64,000 nt of DNA from a virus (Duplodnaviria > Caudoviricetes). Of this stretch, positions 40,135 to 48,280 are shown in pieces (the first letter of the stretch is position 1; each line of letters begins with the position of its first letter). The position numbers and the translations under genes were made by a program. The notes beneath the pieces were generated by a model that worked only from the letters and a program-made list of their open reading frames with translations, was not told the DNA's origin and ran no database searches. The stretch spans positions 1 to 64,000 of the IMG/VR virus record IMGVR_UViG_3300037067_003771. The stretch is one strand, 5' to 3'.

Positions 40135-41202
40135 CTAATCAGAAAAATAAAAAATCGGTTTATCTTCATCGTCAATCTTATATTTTTCATCTAATGTTTT
40201 AACAGAAATATCTCTATCATCAAAAAAATCAGTAGTAACAAAAAACAAACCCCATAATAAAGAAGTGACGTGATCGTCCGGAGTAGTTTTAGTTTCAGAC
40301 CTAAAGACATTAGGAGATATCTCAACATATTTCGATAATTCATTTACAGTTTCCTTATCGACAAGATGTAACCATTTATTTTCTAAATATCGTTTCAAAT
40401 TTAAATTTGCTTTTAATTTGCTAGTTTTTGTTGACCTAATACCCAAACCAACTTTATCACAATTTAAAATATTTTCATTTTCATATTCATGCCATATCAC
40501 ATTGGCTGTCTCACCACCTTCAGAATTATTTTCAATCATCATATAACCACCATTATAATATTCTGATATAGCAATACACACTTGAGCATAATCATGGGTA
40601 TCTATTCTATTATTCATATAAACTGCAACTTGTCTTATATCTTGCTCACTTATAACTCTCAAAACTTGAATAACCGAATTGTCTTTTCCTGTTCCCTTTG
40701 CAGTATCAATACCCAATATGTATAACTGCCCTTCTATTGGATGCTCATATATACGAAATAAACCATTCCATTTATAATCGATTGGTAATTGAAATTCAAT
40801 TGTTTCTAGTGTATCAGTTTCTATTAATGTGTTTGATGAACCTAAAAATTTACAGTTATGACTATTTATACCATTCACATAATAAGAATTATCATTAGAT
40901 TTAACATCTAAAATATCATATACAAAATATTCATCATCCAATAAATTAATATCTATTATTTCAAAATCTCCTTGTTCTGTTTCTAAATAATCTCCAAGAT
41001 TTAAATTTTTTGCATATATTTCTTTATCATCAACTATAAATATATGATTCATTGAAACATCTAAAAGATTTTTATTTGTTAATACGATTCTTAATATTTT
41101 TTCTTTTTCTCCAAATTTACCAATACCATCAAAATCAACAAAACCGTGTTTTGTAAATATATCATATTTTTTATTATACACTATTTTATTTTTCATTTTC
41201 AA
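40135..41202 (-). CDS. terL: Terminase large subunit, C-terminal part (C-intein plus nuclease domain)
   Basis: 116-aa IntC ending YYVNGINSHN, then CKFLGSSNTLI; YILGIDTAKGTGKDNS; MIENN; DDHVTSL. Confidence 0.92.
   Translation of the reverse strand: MKMKNKIVYNKKYDIFTKHGFVDFDGIGKFGEKEKILRIVLTNKNLLDVSMNHIFIVDDKEIYAKNLNLGDYLETEQGDFEIIDINLLDDEYFVYDILDVKSNDNSYYVNGINSHNCKFLGSSNTLIETDTLETIEFQLPIDYKWNGLFRIYEHPIEGQLYILGIDTAKGTGKDNSVIQVLRVISEQDIRQVAVYMNNRIDTHDYAQVCIAISEYYNGGYMMIENNSEGGETANVIWHEYENENILNCDKVGLGIRSTKTSKLKANLNLKRYLENKWLHLVDKETVNELSKYVEISPNVFRSETKTTPDDHVTSLLWGLFFVTTDFFDDRDISVKTLDEKYKIDDEDKPIFYFSD
40855..41202 (-). other. C-terminal fragment of a naturally split intein (IntC)
   Basis: Block B-like VSMNH; VYDILDV; SHN/C junction. 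Confidence 0.88.
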
Positions 41203-42187
41203 TTATTTCTTTTAAAATATTTTTAAATTCATATTCACACAATTCATGCTTAAGACAATTAATACTTCTTCCACAAACACACAAATTTTTTAAATCTGCA
41301 ACATCTTCGATTGGAATTTTATTCAAAAAACCATAATGTATACTTATTTTATGATCTATTGTTGGTTGACGTTTATTTGTATTTACATTTTTATGGTGTT
41401 TCATATTTATATATTCATCATTAGTTATTAATCTTTCTCTAGTATAATAATCTTTTCCGTCCCAATTAGAAAATAATTCATTTCTTTTTTCTTCTGTCAA
41501 ATAATAAACTTCTTTTTTGTATTTCTTAAATCCTTTATTTCTATTTAAGGTATTTTCTTTTTTATTATCATGATATGATTTTAATTTTTCTTTTATTTCA
41601 TTTATTTTAAATACTGAGTCCACACCATATTTTTCTAAACATGTTTCTTTTCTCTTATTTAATGCAGATAATACATTTTCTTCTGACCAATATAATTTTC
41701 TTTTTTCATTAATTACATCTTTTCTATCATTCAATGCTTCCCAACGTTTATCATAACACTCTTTTGTTATTAAATTTGTTTTAACGCCAAACCGTTCAAA
41801 ATTAGATTTTTCTATTTTGTGTTTTATTTCTTCAGATTTTGATATATGATCCACACCATATTTTTCTAAACATGTGTCTTTTCTTTTTTGTTTTTCTTTT
41901 TCAATATCTCTAATTAAAAAAGATTCGCTAATTCTATTTGCAACATAATCAGAAGATTTTGCACATTTAAAAGAACAAAATATTCTATATCCTCTTCTAA
42001 AATCATTATATACTGTTTCTTTTCCACATTCTAAACAAAAACCTTCACCATCTTTTCTAAAATATTTATCATAATAGTCTTTAATATTAATATTGTGTTC
42101 TTTTCTTAAATGAAATTGACTAAATTGTTTTAATTCATATTTTGTTTCCTGATTACAAATTTTACAATACATTCCCATATCATACAC
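41186..42187 (-). CDS. Free-standing putative HNH-type homing endonuclease between the terL halves
   Basis: CKIC/CLECG zinc motifs; TCLEKYGVD repeats; C-terminal DYYT...PTIDHKISI..GF...NLC...N..K. Confidence 0.75.
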   Translation of the reverse strand: MYDMGMYCKICNQETKYELKQFSQFHLRKEHNINIKDYYDKYFRKDGEGFCLECGKETVYNDFRRGYRIFCSFKCAKSSDYVANRISESFLIRDIEKEKQKRKDTCLEKYGVDHISKSEEIKHKIEKSNFERFGVKTNLITKECYDKRWEALNDRKDVINEKRKLYWSEENVLSALNKRKETCLEKYGVDSVFKINEIKEKLKSYHDNKKENTLNRNKGFKKYKKEVYYLTEEKRNELFSNWDGKDYYTRERLITNDEYINMKHHKNVNTNKRQPTIDHKISIHYGFLNKIPIEDVADLKNLCVCGRSINCLKHELCEYEFKNILKEIIENEK

Positions 42188-42217
42188 TCCTTTTTAATTT
42201 ATATAAATACTATAAAT

Positions 42218-42276
42218 AGTGGGACAGCAAGAATACACTCGCTTGTTGCTGAAATGCAATTCAGCTAACCTCTACT
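42218..42276 (+). ncRNA. Putative structured RNA/DNA element, copy A
   Basis: GGGACAGCAAG-loop-CTTGTTGCTGAAA...TAACCTCT; follows two plus-strand TATAAATA boxes; similar to 49476-49537. Confidence 0.45.
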
Positions 42277-42363
42277 TAAATCTTTATATAATTTTTCTAT
42301 TTTTATTTTTTTTATATTTTTTGTTAATTTGTTTCTTATAATAACAGTTCCATTTTTAAAACA
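42265..42363 (-). other. N-terminal fragment of a naturally split intein (IntN, 32 aa)
   Basis: CFKNGTVIIRNKLTKNIKKIKIEKLYKDLSRG-stop after QEYG. Confidence 0.85.
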
Positions 42364-43632
42364 ACCGTATTCTTGGTTGAAGCGATTTACATCTCCATTA
42401 AAATCTCGAATCACCTTCTTCTTCCATTCTTCATCTCTCTTCGGATGATCCTGCCAATTAACTTTTATAGGATAAAAATTATTGGTATTTCTAACTGCAC
42501 CAATCCAATAATCATAATAATGATTCATACCAACTGGTGTCGAAGAAATTATAACCTTTGAACTTTTTCCGGAAGACAACACAGGCATGGTAGCAGTAAT
42601 AAATTCCTCAGCAATATGTTCTTTTACTTTTGCAAATTCATCAAGATATAATAATGAAATCGCCTCACCAGAAATTGAATCATTGGATGTTGTTGCTGCT
42701 ATAACTCTATTTCCATTTTCTAATAACAATGATTCTTTATTCCAACCATCTTGTTTTACACCAACTTGTAACCACATCGGAAGATTTTCATAAGACATTT
42801 TTAATTCACGTAATATTTTTAATGCTGTTTTTTCTTTATTTGCAAGTATAGCCACATTTTTTTCTTTATTAAATAATATATAATGGAGCAAATAAACCAT
42901 CATAGTAGTTGTATTGTGTGATAAAATTCCATTAGAATAAAATAAATGTTTTTTTGAATTAACAGTAACATCATACATATTTTTCGATTTACATTTTAAT
43001 TTTTTAACATATAATATGTTTTCAATACCATTTTCAGTTATTATCTTATCGCCAATTTTCAAATCTTTAACATAAACAGTTTCATATGTATCTTTCACTA
43101 CTAAATGTTCATCTGCACATTTCAATGAAAAGGATTTAGTTTTTAATTTCCACACACTATATTTTATTGTTTTGTGAACTTGAGTAATATCAACATATCC
43201 ATCGTCAGTTAATATTTCCCATTCGTTGACCAATTTACTTTTTATTATTTTATTTTTAATTATATTAACATCATTTATTATATTATTGTGTGTTTCAAAA
43301 AAGTCTTTTATTACTATTTCTTTTATTTCACCAGTTTTTTTATTTCTTATTTTTATTTTTGAATTTTCAAAAATACATTTTCCGCTCTGGCGGGGTATAT
43401 TCATAATTACACCAGACCTACTATCTGGGGGGCACATTATAACTTTTAATATTTTTTTTTGAAATTCATATAATGCGATTTTAACTCTACCATAATCAAT
43501 GGTGTTAATAAAAACAAAATTTTCTGCAAAATAAATTATGTCTTCTTTACATTTAATATACTCATCGATCATTTCTTTAGTATATTCAATTTGTTCATTT
43601 TCGCCACGGAGATTTTTATTCTTTTCCCACAT
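42265..43632 (-). CDS. terL: Terminase large subunit, N-terminal ATPase part (cis mini-intein plus N-intein)
   Basis: YEFQ; Walker A PRQSGK/TT; ILANK; Walker B LLYLDEFA; ISSTPVG; RFNQEYG then the N-intein. Confidence 0.93.
   Translation of the reverse strand: MWEKNKNLRGENEQIEYTKEMIDEYIKCKEDIIYFAENFVFINTIDYGRVKIALYEFQKKILKVIMCPPDSRSGVIMNIPRQSGKCIFENSKIKIRNKKTGEIKEIVIKDFFETHNNIINDVNIIKNKIIKSKLVNEWEILTDDGYVDITQVHKTIKYSVWKLKTKSFSLKCADEHLVVKDTYETVYVKDLKIGDKIITENGIENILYVKKLKCKSKNMYDVTVNSKKHLFYSNGILSHNTTTMMVYLLHYILFNKEKNVAILANKEKTALKILRELKMSYENLPMWLQVGVKQDGWNKESLLLENGNRVIAATTSNDSISGEAISLLYLDEFAKVKEHIAEEFITATMPVLSSGKSSKVIISSTPVGMNHYYDYWIGAVRNTNNFYPIKVNWQDHPKRDEEWKKKVIRDFNGDVNRFNQEYGCFKNGTVIIRNKLTKNIKKIKIEKLYKDLSRG
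42913..43377 (-). other. Cis mini-intein (155 aa) in terL Walker A
   Basis: GK|CIFENS...CADEH...MYDVTV...YSNGILSHN|TTT; no endonuclease domain. Confidence 0.9.
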
Positions 43633-43643
43633 TATAAATTCTT

Positions 43644-43901
43644 TCAGTTATCAAACAATAAATTATTATTAGATGCCGATATTATAGAAAAACATTTATT
43701 TTTGTTTGAAAAATAATATTTTCCGTTTTTCAAAATTATATAATTCACAGAATCCAGCATCATGTAACTCAAACCTTCTTGGACTATCTTAACAGAGCAA
43801 TAGTCATCAGAAGAATAAATCACATCAATATTATCTTGAGCAAATAATGAAAACATAAACAGAACAATTAGTATTAATTTTTTCATATTATTTATTTTCA
43901 T
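43644..43901 (-). CDS. Small protein with signal-peptide-like N-terminus
   Basis: AGGAG RBS; MKKLILIVLFMFSLFA/QD. Confidence 0.55.
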   Translation of the reverse strand: MKINNMKKLILIVLFMFSLFAQDNIDVIYSSDDYCSVKIVQEGLSYMMLDSVNYIILKNGKYYFSNKNKCFSIISASNNNLLFDN

Positions 43902-43920
43902 CAAACTCCTTTCTAAATTT

Positions 43921-44352
43921 TTATATTTCAATTGAAATGGGCTTAAACATTTCAAAATTTAAAATTCTTATTTCTGATTCAGATTGATTACCAGAATCCA
44001 TTATTGCATCATATCCGTCATTTTTTAATTGTTGCATATCATCAGGAAAATAAAATTCATCTATACCATCACCATTTGTATCTATAGTTTTAAATTTTGA
44101 TTTTGGATCAACTTTTATTTTCAATATATTTTTGCAGCCAAAAACTGATGAATATCGCTTTGCTATGTTTTTATCTAAAGATGTAGATAATCCAAAATTC
44201 CCACCACCAGTAGATGGCAATTTGAGTTTTTCTTCTGAAGATAACATGTTAAAATTTTTATATAAATTAGAAATGTTATCACAATCTCCACCATGATAAA
44301 CATATTCTGGAATTTCAGATATATAATTATCTAATTCATTTAATGTAAACAT
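43921..44352 (-). CDS. ADP-ribosyltransferase-fold-like protein
   Basis: VYHGG; GLSTSLDKNIAKRYS; GYDAI; SESEIRI. Confidence 0.55.
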   Translation of the reverse strand: MFTLNELDNYISEIPEYVYHGGDCDNISNLYKNFNMLSSEEKLKLPSTGGGNFGLSTSLDKNIAKRYSSVFGCKNILKIKVDPKSKFKTIDTNGDGIDEFYFPDDMQQLKNDGYDAIMDSGNQSESEIRILNFEMFKPISIEI

Positions 44353-44417
44353 ATTCTATCTCGTCATTCTTTACGATTTAATTGGTATTTTATTTTTAAT
44401 TCGTCAATATTAACGAA

Positions 44418-45080
44418 TTAAATCTCCATGTCTATTATAAACTGTTTTGGTAAATTATTTTTTAATCTCTGTTTATCTTTTTCATCTAATTGTTCAAATC
44501 GTTTAACAAAAAATATTTTATATAAACCATAAAACGGTTCTAAAATGTCATTAATATTATGTTTTTTACTTTTAATTATTTCAATTAATTTATCAACCCA
44601 ATCTGGTTTTTCCATGTAAATGTCATAAGTAAAACCATCAATTGACAGATGAGGCATTTCTGTTATTAATTCTTCATTGATATTATCAGAATTTTTATTA
44701 ATGCTTTCTTTACCGTCTTTTAATTTTGTTATCATATTGTTACTATACAAATCGTGATGTGTGTATACTAAATATTCATTTCCAGAAACTCCATTAAGTC
44801 CTGCTAATTTTTGATTATTAACAAATAAAACCCTATCCCCATCACTATCTATTAATTCAGAACCAAGTTGATTTTTTGGTAGTTCTATTTTATAAACATA
44901 ACCAGTTTTTCCTGCATATTGCTTTGCTAAATCCTTATTATCAGTCCATGTGCTATATCCATTTGGTGCATCTGTAGCATTAATAGAATAGTTTGGATCA
45001 AATCTTTTTTCTAATCCACGAAATAAAGTAATTGTTTTTTCTCTGTTATTCTCTGTAAAATAATGTTCTATAAAGTTCAT
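44418..45080 (-). CDS. ADP-ribosyltransferase-fold-like protein with extra C-terminal module
   Basis: TLFRGL; YSTWTDNKDLAKQYA; NEYLV; then INEELITEMPH junction. Confidence 0.5.
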   Translation of the reverse strand: MNFIEHYFTENNREKTITLFRGLEKRFDPNYSINATDAPNGYSTWTDNKDLAKQYAGKTGYVYKIELPKNQLGSELIDSDGDRVLFVNNQKLAGLNGVSGNEYLVYTHHDLYSNNMITKLKDGKESINKNSDNINEELITEMPHLSIDGFTYDIYMEKPDWVDKLIEIIKSKKHNINDILEPFYGLYKIFFVKRFEQLDEKDKQRLKNNLPKQFIIDMEI

Positions 45081-45082
45081 AT

Positions 45083-45490
45083 TTATTCTCTTATTCTTAT
45101 TTGATCTTTATTCAAAATAAATCCATCAAAACTACCATCTTTATTCTTTAATATCACCCCATCATAACCCAAACCTTCTAGTTCACCTATTGAGTAATTA
45201 TCATATTCTTTCCAGCCAGCAGGATTTTTAATATTAACATAAAATTCCATTATGTATTTTGTTCCTTGTGCTCCTGATTTCCCTGACACAATAGAATCTT
45301 TATTTGAAGTAAACCAGAAAACACCTTGTGACCCCTTTTTCATGTCGATCTTTTTAAATTTATCATTAGTTCCATGATAAACAACCAATGGATTTCCTTG
45401 TTCATCAACAATTTTAGAATCTTTAAACCAAGATTTAAAGTCATCTGATTCTGTTTGATTTTCTATGAAGTAAAAATTTGAGAATTTCAT
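45083..45490 (-). CDS. ART-PolyVal-like protein
   Basis: Probable start MKFSNFYFIE; FKSWFKDSKIVDEQGNPLVVYHGT; FWFTS; GYDGVI; QIRI. Confidence 0.7.
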   Translation of the reverse strand: MKFSNFYFIENQTESDDFKSWFKDSKIVDEQGNPLVVYHGTNDKFKKIDMKKGSQGVFWFTSNKDSIVSGKSGAQGTKYIMEFYVNIKNPAGWKEYDNYSIGELEGLGYDGVILKNKDGSFDGFILNKDQIRIRE

Positions 45491-45810
45491 ATCTTTAATA
45501 TATCCTTCATCCAAGGTTCTATTTTTTCTATCCAATTTTTTAATGCCTGTTTTCTATGTTTCAAAGCAATTCTATCTTTTTTTGTGTCTTTATCAATAAA
45601 AGAATTCATGAGTCTTTCTTCATCTTGTGGAATTTTAATCGTTTCTTTATCATAAATTTTTTTCAACATATGATATTCATCAGAATCAACTTCATCTGCT
45701 CTGTAAATAACAGAATTCTTTTCTGTGCCGATAATTAAATCTTTATCATCTATAGAATTTTTTACAGAATCATAATCCATGTAATCTTCTAATTCCTCTA
45801 ATGTAACCAT
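45487..45810 (-). CDS. Hypothetical protein
   Basis: 107-aa ORF in the operon. Confidence 0.55.
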   Translation of the reverse strand: MVTLEELEDYMDYDSVKNSIDDKDLIIGTEKNSVIYRADEVDSDEYHMLKKIYDKETIKIPQDEERLMNSFIDKDTKKDRIALKHRKQALKNWIEKIEPWMKDILKI

Positions 45811-45811
45811 A

Positions 45812-46366
45812 TTATTTCTTTTTCCTATTCTCTAAATCGTCAGAATCATCTATTTCAAAATCTGCTTCAATTTTATTAAACTCTGATTTTTCACTTGCAG
45901 CCAAAATCATTTCTGCCAATTGATTTGATGATAATGCGATTTTGTCATTTTGACCTAATTCCGATAACGTCTTCTTTGAATTTTGTTCTAACTTTATTTT
46001 AATAATAGATTCATTTAAATTTCTTAATTCTTTCATTAACATAGTCAGTGAATTTACTAATCCGCCAAAAACTTCATACATTCTAGCTTCAGACCCAATT
46101 TTAATATCAGATTCTAATCTCTCTAAAACACTTTTACTTGTCCACATCAAAGATTTAATTTCAGTTTTTAAATATTCTTCATCTTCAATTCTAATATTAC
46201 TTTTTATTTCATCTTTTTTTAATTCTAAATCCTTTATTTCATCTTGTAATTCCTGAACTTCATTTTTAGATGCTGTAATTAAAGAATTCTGTTTGTCCTC
46301 TTTATATTCTGTATTAAATGCAGTATCTAATCCTTCAAATGCTTCTTTATTCAAATCTTCTGACAT
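45812..46366 (-). CDS. terS: Terminase small subunit, T4 gp16-like
   Basis: ARMYEVFGGLVNSL resembles gp16 PRxxEVF; between gp15 and terL. Confidence 0.7.
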   Translation of the reverse strand: MSEDLNKEAFEGLDTAFNTEYKEDKQNSLITASKNEVQELQDEIKDLELKKDEIKSNIRIEDEEYLKTEIKSLMWTSKSVLERLESDIKIGSEARMYEVFGGLVNSLTMLMKELRNLNESIIKIKLEQNSKKTLSELGQNDKIALSSNQLAEMILAASEKSEFNKIEADFEIDDSDDLENRKKK

Positions 46367-46375
46367 GAACCACTC

Positions 46376-47233
46376 CTATTCTATCTCCGTAAACCAGACA
46401 TATTCTTTATCTTCAGTATCCGTAGCACTAACGCTTCCACTCAAAACATAATCAGCCGACAACGGTAACACAGCACTTGTATCTAATATATCACCCGCAG
46501 ATGTTTGATAAGCAGAAGTATAATAACTTTCTAATGATGCCGAAGTATCATAATTATAATATTTTTTATTAATAACTTTAATAACTTTAGAATAAGTAAA
46601 TGGTCTATACATAAATCCTTGAACAGTCAAATTAATACTTGCATTTACCATTCTAGTATCATTTTCATTTAAATCATCAGAAAATTCAGGATTAACGCCG
46701 TCCATAGAAACAGGCAAATCTCTCTCAATATTTAAAAAAGAAAATTCCTTTACTCTTAATACTAATTTTGGATTAAAATAAGGTAAAATATTCTCTATTA
46801 TTTGAGAAAAATATGTAAGATGATCGGTCATTATGTACAATGTATAATTAAAATCATATGGTGCTGGTTGATAATCTGATATGACCTGATCTAAATCGAT
46901 TGTAGATAGTCCTAGAGACTCCTGAAACCAGTATCGCCATTGATTAGTACCAGTAGCCCTATCTGCATTATAAGCGATTCCATTGAACACTAGGGCCATT
47001 CTAGGCAATTGTAGATAATATCTCTGACCTTGCTCCACATTGTCGGCATCATAATAATGTTCTTCTATTCTATCTTTATGATATTTCTCATTTGGAGCAA
47101 ATGTAATAGGTACTGTCTTTTCAGAAATAATATTAGCAGACGAATCATATTTAACAACTTTCATATCATTAAATAAATCCAATAATGCCGTTGTTATTCC
47201 CTGAAATGTTCTAGGATAATAATATGTTAACAT
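46376..47233 (-). CDS. Tail sheath stabiliser/terminator, T4 gp15-like
   Basis: LFND; VPITFAPNEKY; LPRM; PAPYDF; QIIENILPYFNP. Confidence 0.9.
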   Translation of the reverse strand: MLTYYYPRTFQGITTALLDLFNDMKVVKYDSSANIISEKTVPITFAPNEKYHKDRIEEHYYDADNVEQGQRYYLQLPRMALVFNGIAYNADRATGTNQWRYWFQESLGLSTIDLDQVISDYQPAPYDFNYTLYIMTDHLTYFSQIIENILPYFNPKLVLRVKEFSFLNIERDLPVSMDGVNPEFSDDLNENDTRMVNASINLTVQGFMYRPFTYSKVIKVINKKYYNYDTSASLESYYTSAYQTSAGDILDTSAVLPLSADYVLSGSVSATDTEDKEYVWFTEIE

Positions 47234-47302
47234 GCAATATGTTGCACTTTCTTATTAAAATTAGCTGAAAATATAAACAGAATAATCATTAAGTGCAAAA
47301 TA

Positions 47303-47803
47303 TTACACTTCCGCAAACTCTAAATCATCTAAAGAAAACTCCGAATCCGTATTGATGTCTTTATCGTCAACATCCTCAACATTTTTCTTTATTGTTTCTA
47401 AATCATCTTCTTTTGGTTCCAATGCTTCATCTGGAAATGGTGTCTCTTCACCGTCAATTATTGCTGGATTCAAATCATAACCCATCTCTTTTAATTTATT
47501 CATAAGCCAAGCATTTACATTCCCTAATGAATAATTCGTTTCTTTTCCTTCAAGATTAGTTGTGATTTCTGCATACACATCACCAAAATCATACATAGAA
47601 TTGACTGCATCAACCGGAGTACCATCAATTTTTTTAATCTTAACATCGGCTATCTTATTTTCTCCATCAACCAACTCAAATGAAACTTGAGTTTCTGAAT
47701 TATAATCAACAGGATTTAAACTATAATTTTCATATAAATAACTCTCTGAAATATAATCATCCAACTTTTCTAATATTGTTTTTTCTAAATCAAATAATGA
47801 CAT
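47303..47803 (-). CDS. Acidic hypothetical protein
   Basis: 166-aa ORF with AAGGA RBS. Confidence 0.6.
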   Translation of the reverse strand: MSLFDLEKTILEKLDDYISESYLYENYSLNPVDYNSETQVSFELVDGENKIADVKIKKIDGTPVDAVNSMYDFGDVYAEITTNLEGKETNYSLGNVNAWLMNKLKEMGYDLNPAIIDGEETPFPDEALEPKEDDLETIKKNVEDVDDKDINTDSEFSLDDLEFAEV

Positions 47804-47911
47804 AAAATTCCTTTCTATTTATTTTTCAAATACAAGTTTACTTCTTTTTTTAATTCTCTTTTCCAAGCGGAATTATGTTGTTTTGTGGTCATTCCTTTAT
47901 CTTTTTATCAT

Positions 47912-47944
47912 CTATCTCCAAATTAATATGAAATGTGGAGATAG
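47912..47944. terminator. Intergenic hairpin, possible terminator
   Basis: CTATCTCCA / TGGAGATAG 9-bp inverted repeat. Confidence 0.35.
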
Positions 47945-47956
47945 TTAATTGTTTTA

Positions 47957-48280
47957 TTAAACTGAAAATTCTTCATCCTTCTTTTGTCCATACATATTAG
48001 TATCACATTCCTCAACTTCAACATCAACAACATCTTCCTTATTTTCTTCTTCACCAGATTCTTTTGCCATCAATAAATCTTTTAACATAGTATAAATTTT
48101 ATTTTCTAACTCTGAATACTCAATTCCAATCTCTTCAGCAAAAGCATGAACCTTCTCATCATCAATAGGCTCATCTTGTGTGAAGAAAGCTACTATTTTT
48201 GCATTCATTTCTTCTTGCTCTTTGTTTATTTCCATCTCTTCGTTCTCTTTAATGTAATCTTGAAATGTACGTTTTTTCAT
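47957..48280 (-). CDS. Acidic hypothetical protein, possible internal head protein
   Basis: MKKRTFQDYIKENE leader. Confidence 0.6.
   Translation of the reverse strand: MKKRTFQDYIKENEEMEINKEQEEMNAKIVAFFTQDEPIDDEKVHAFAEEIGIEYSELENKIYTMLKDLLMAKESGEEENKEDVVDVEVEECDTNMYGQKKDEEFSV

Noticed and set aside
41186-42264. Group I intron interrupting terL
   Set aside because: The non-coding gap is under 80 nt, the endonuclease gene overlaps the terL-C start, and intein termini explain the split.
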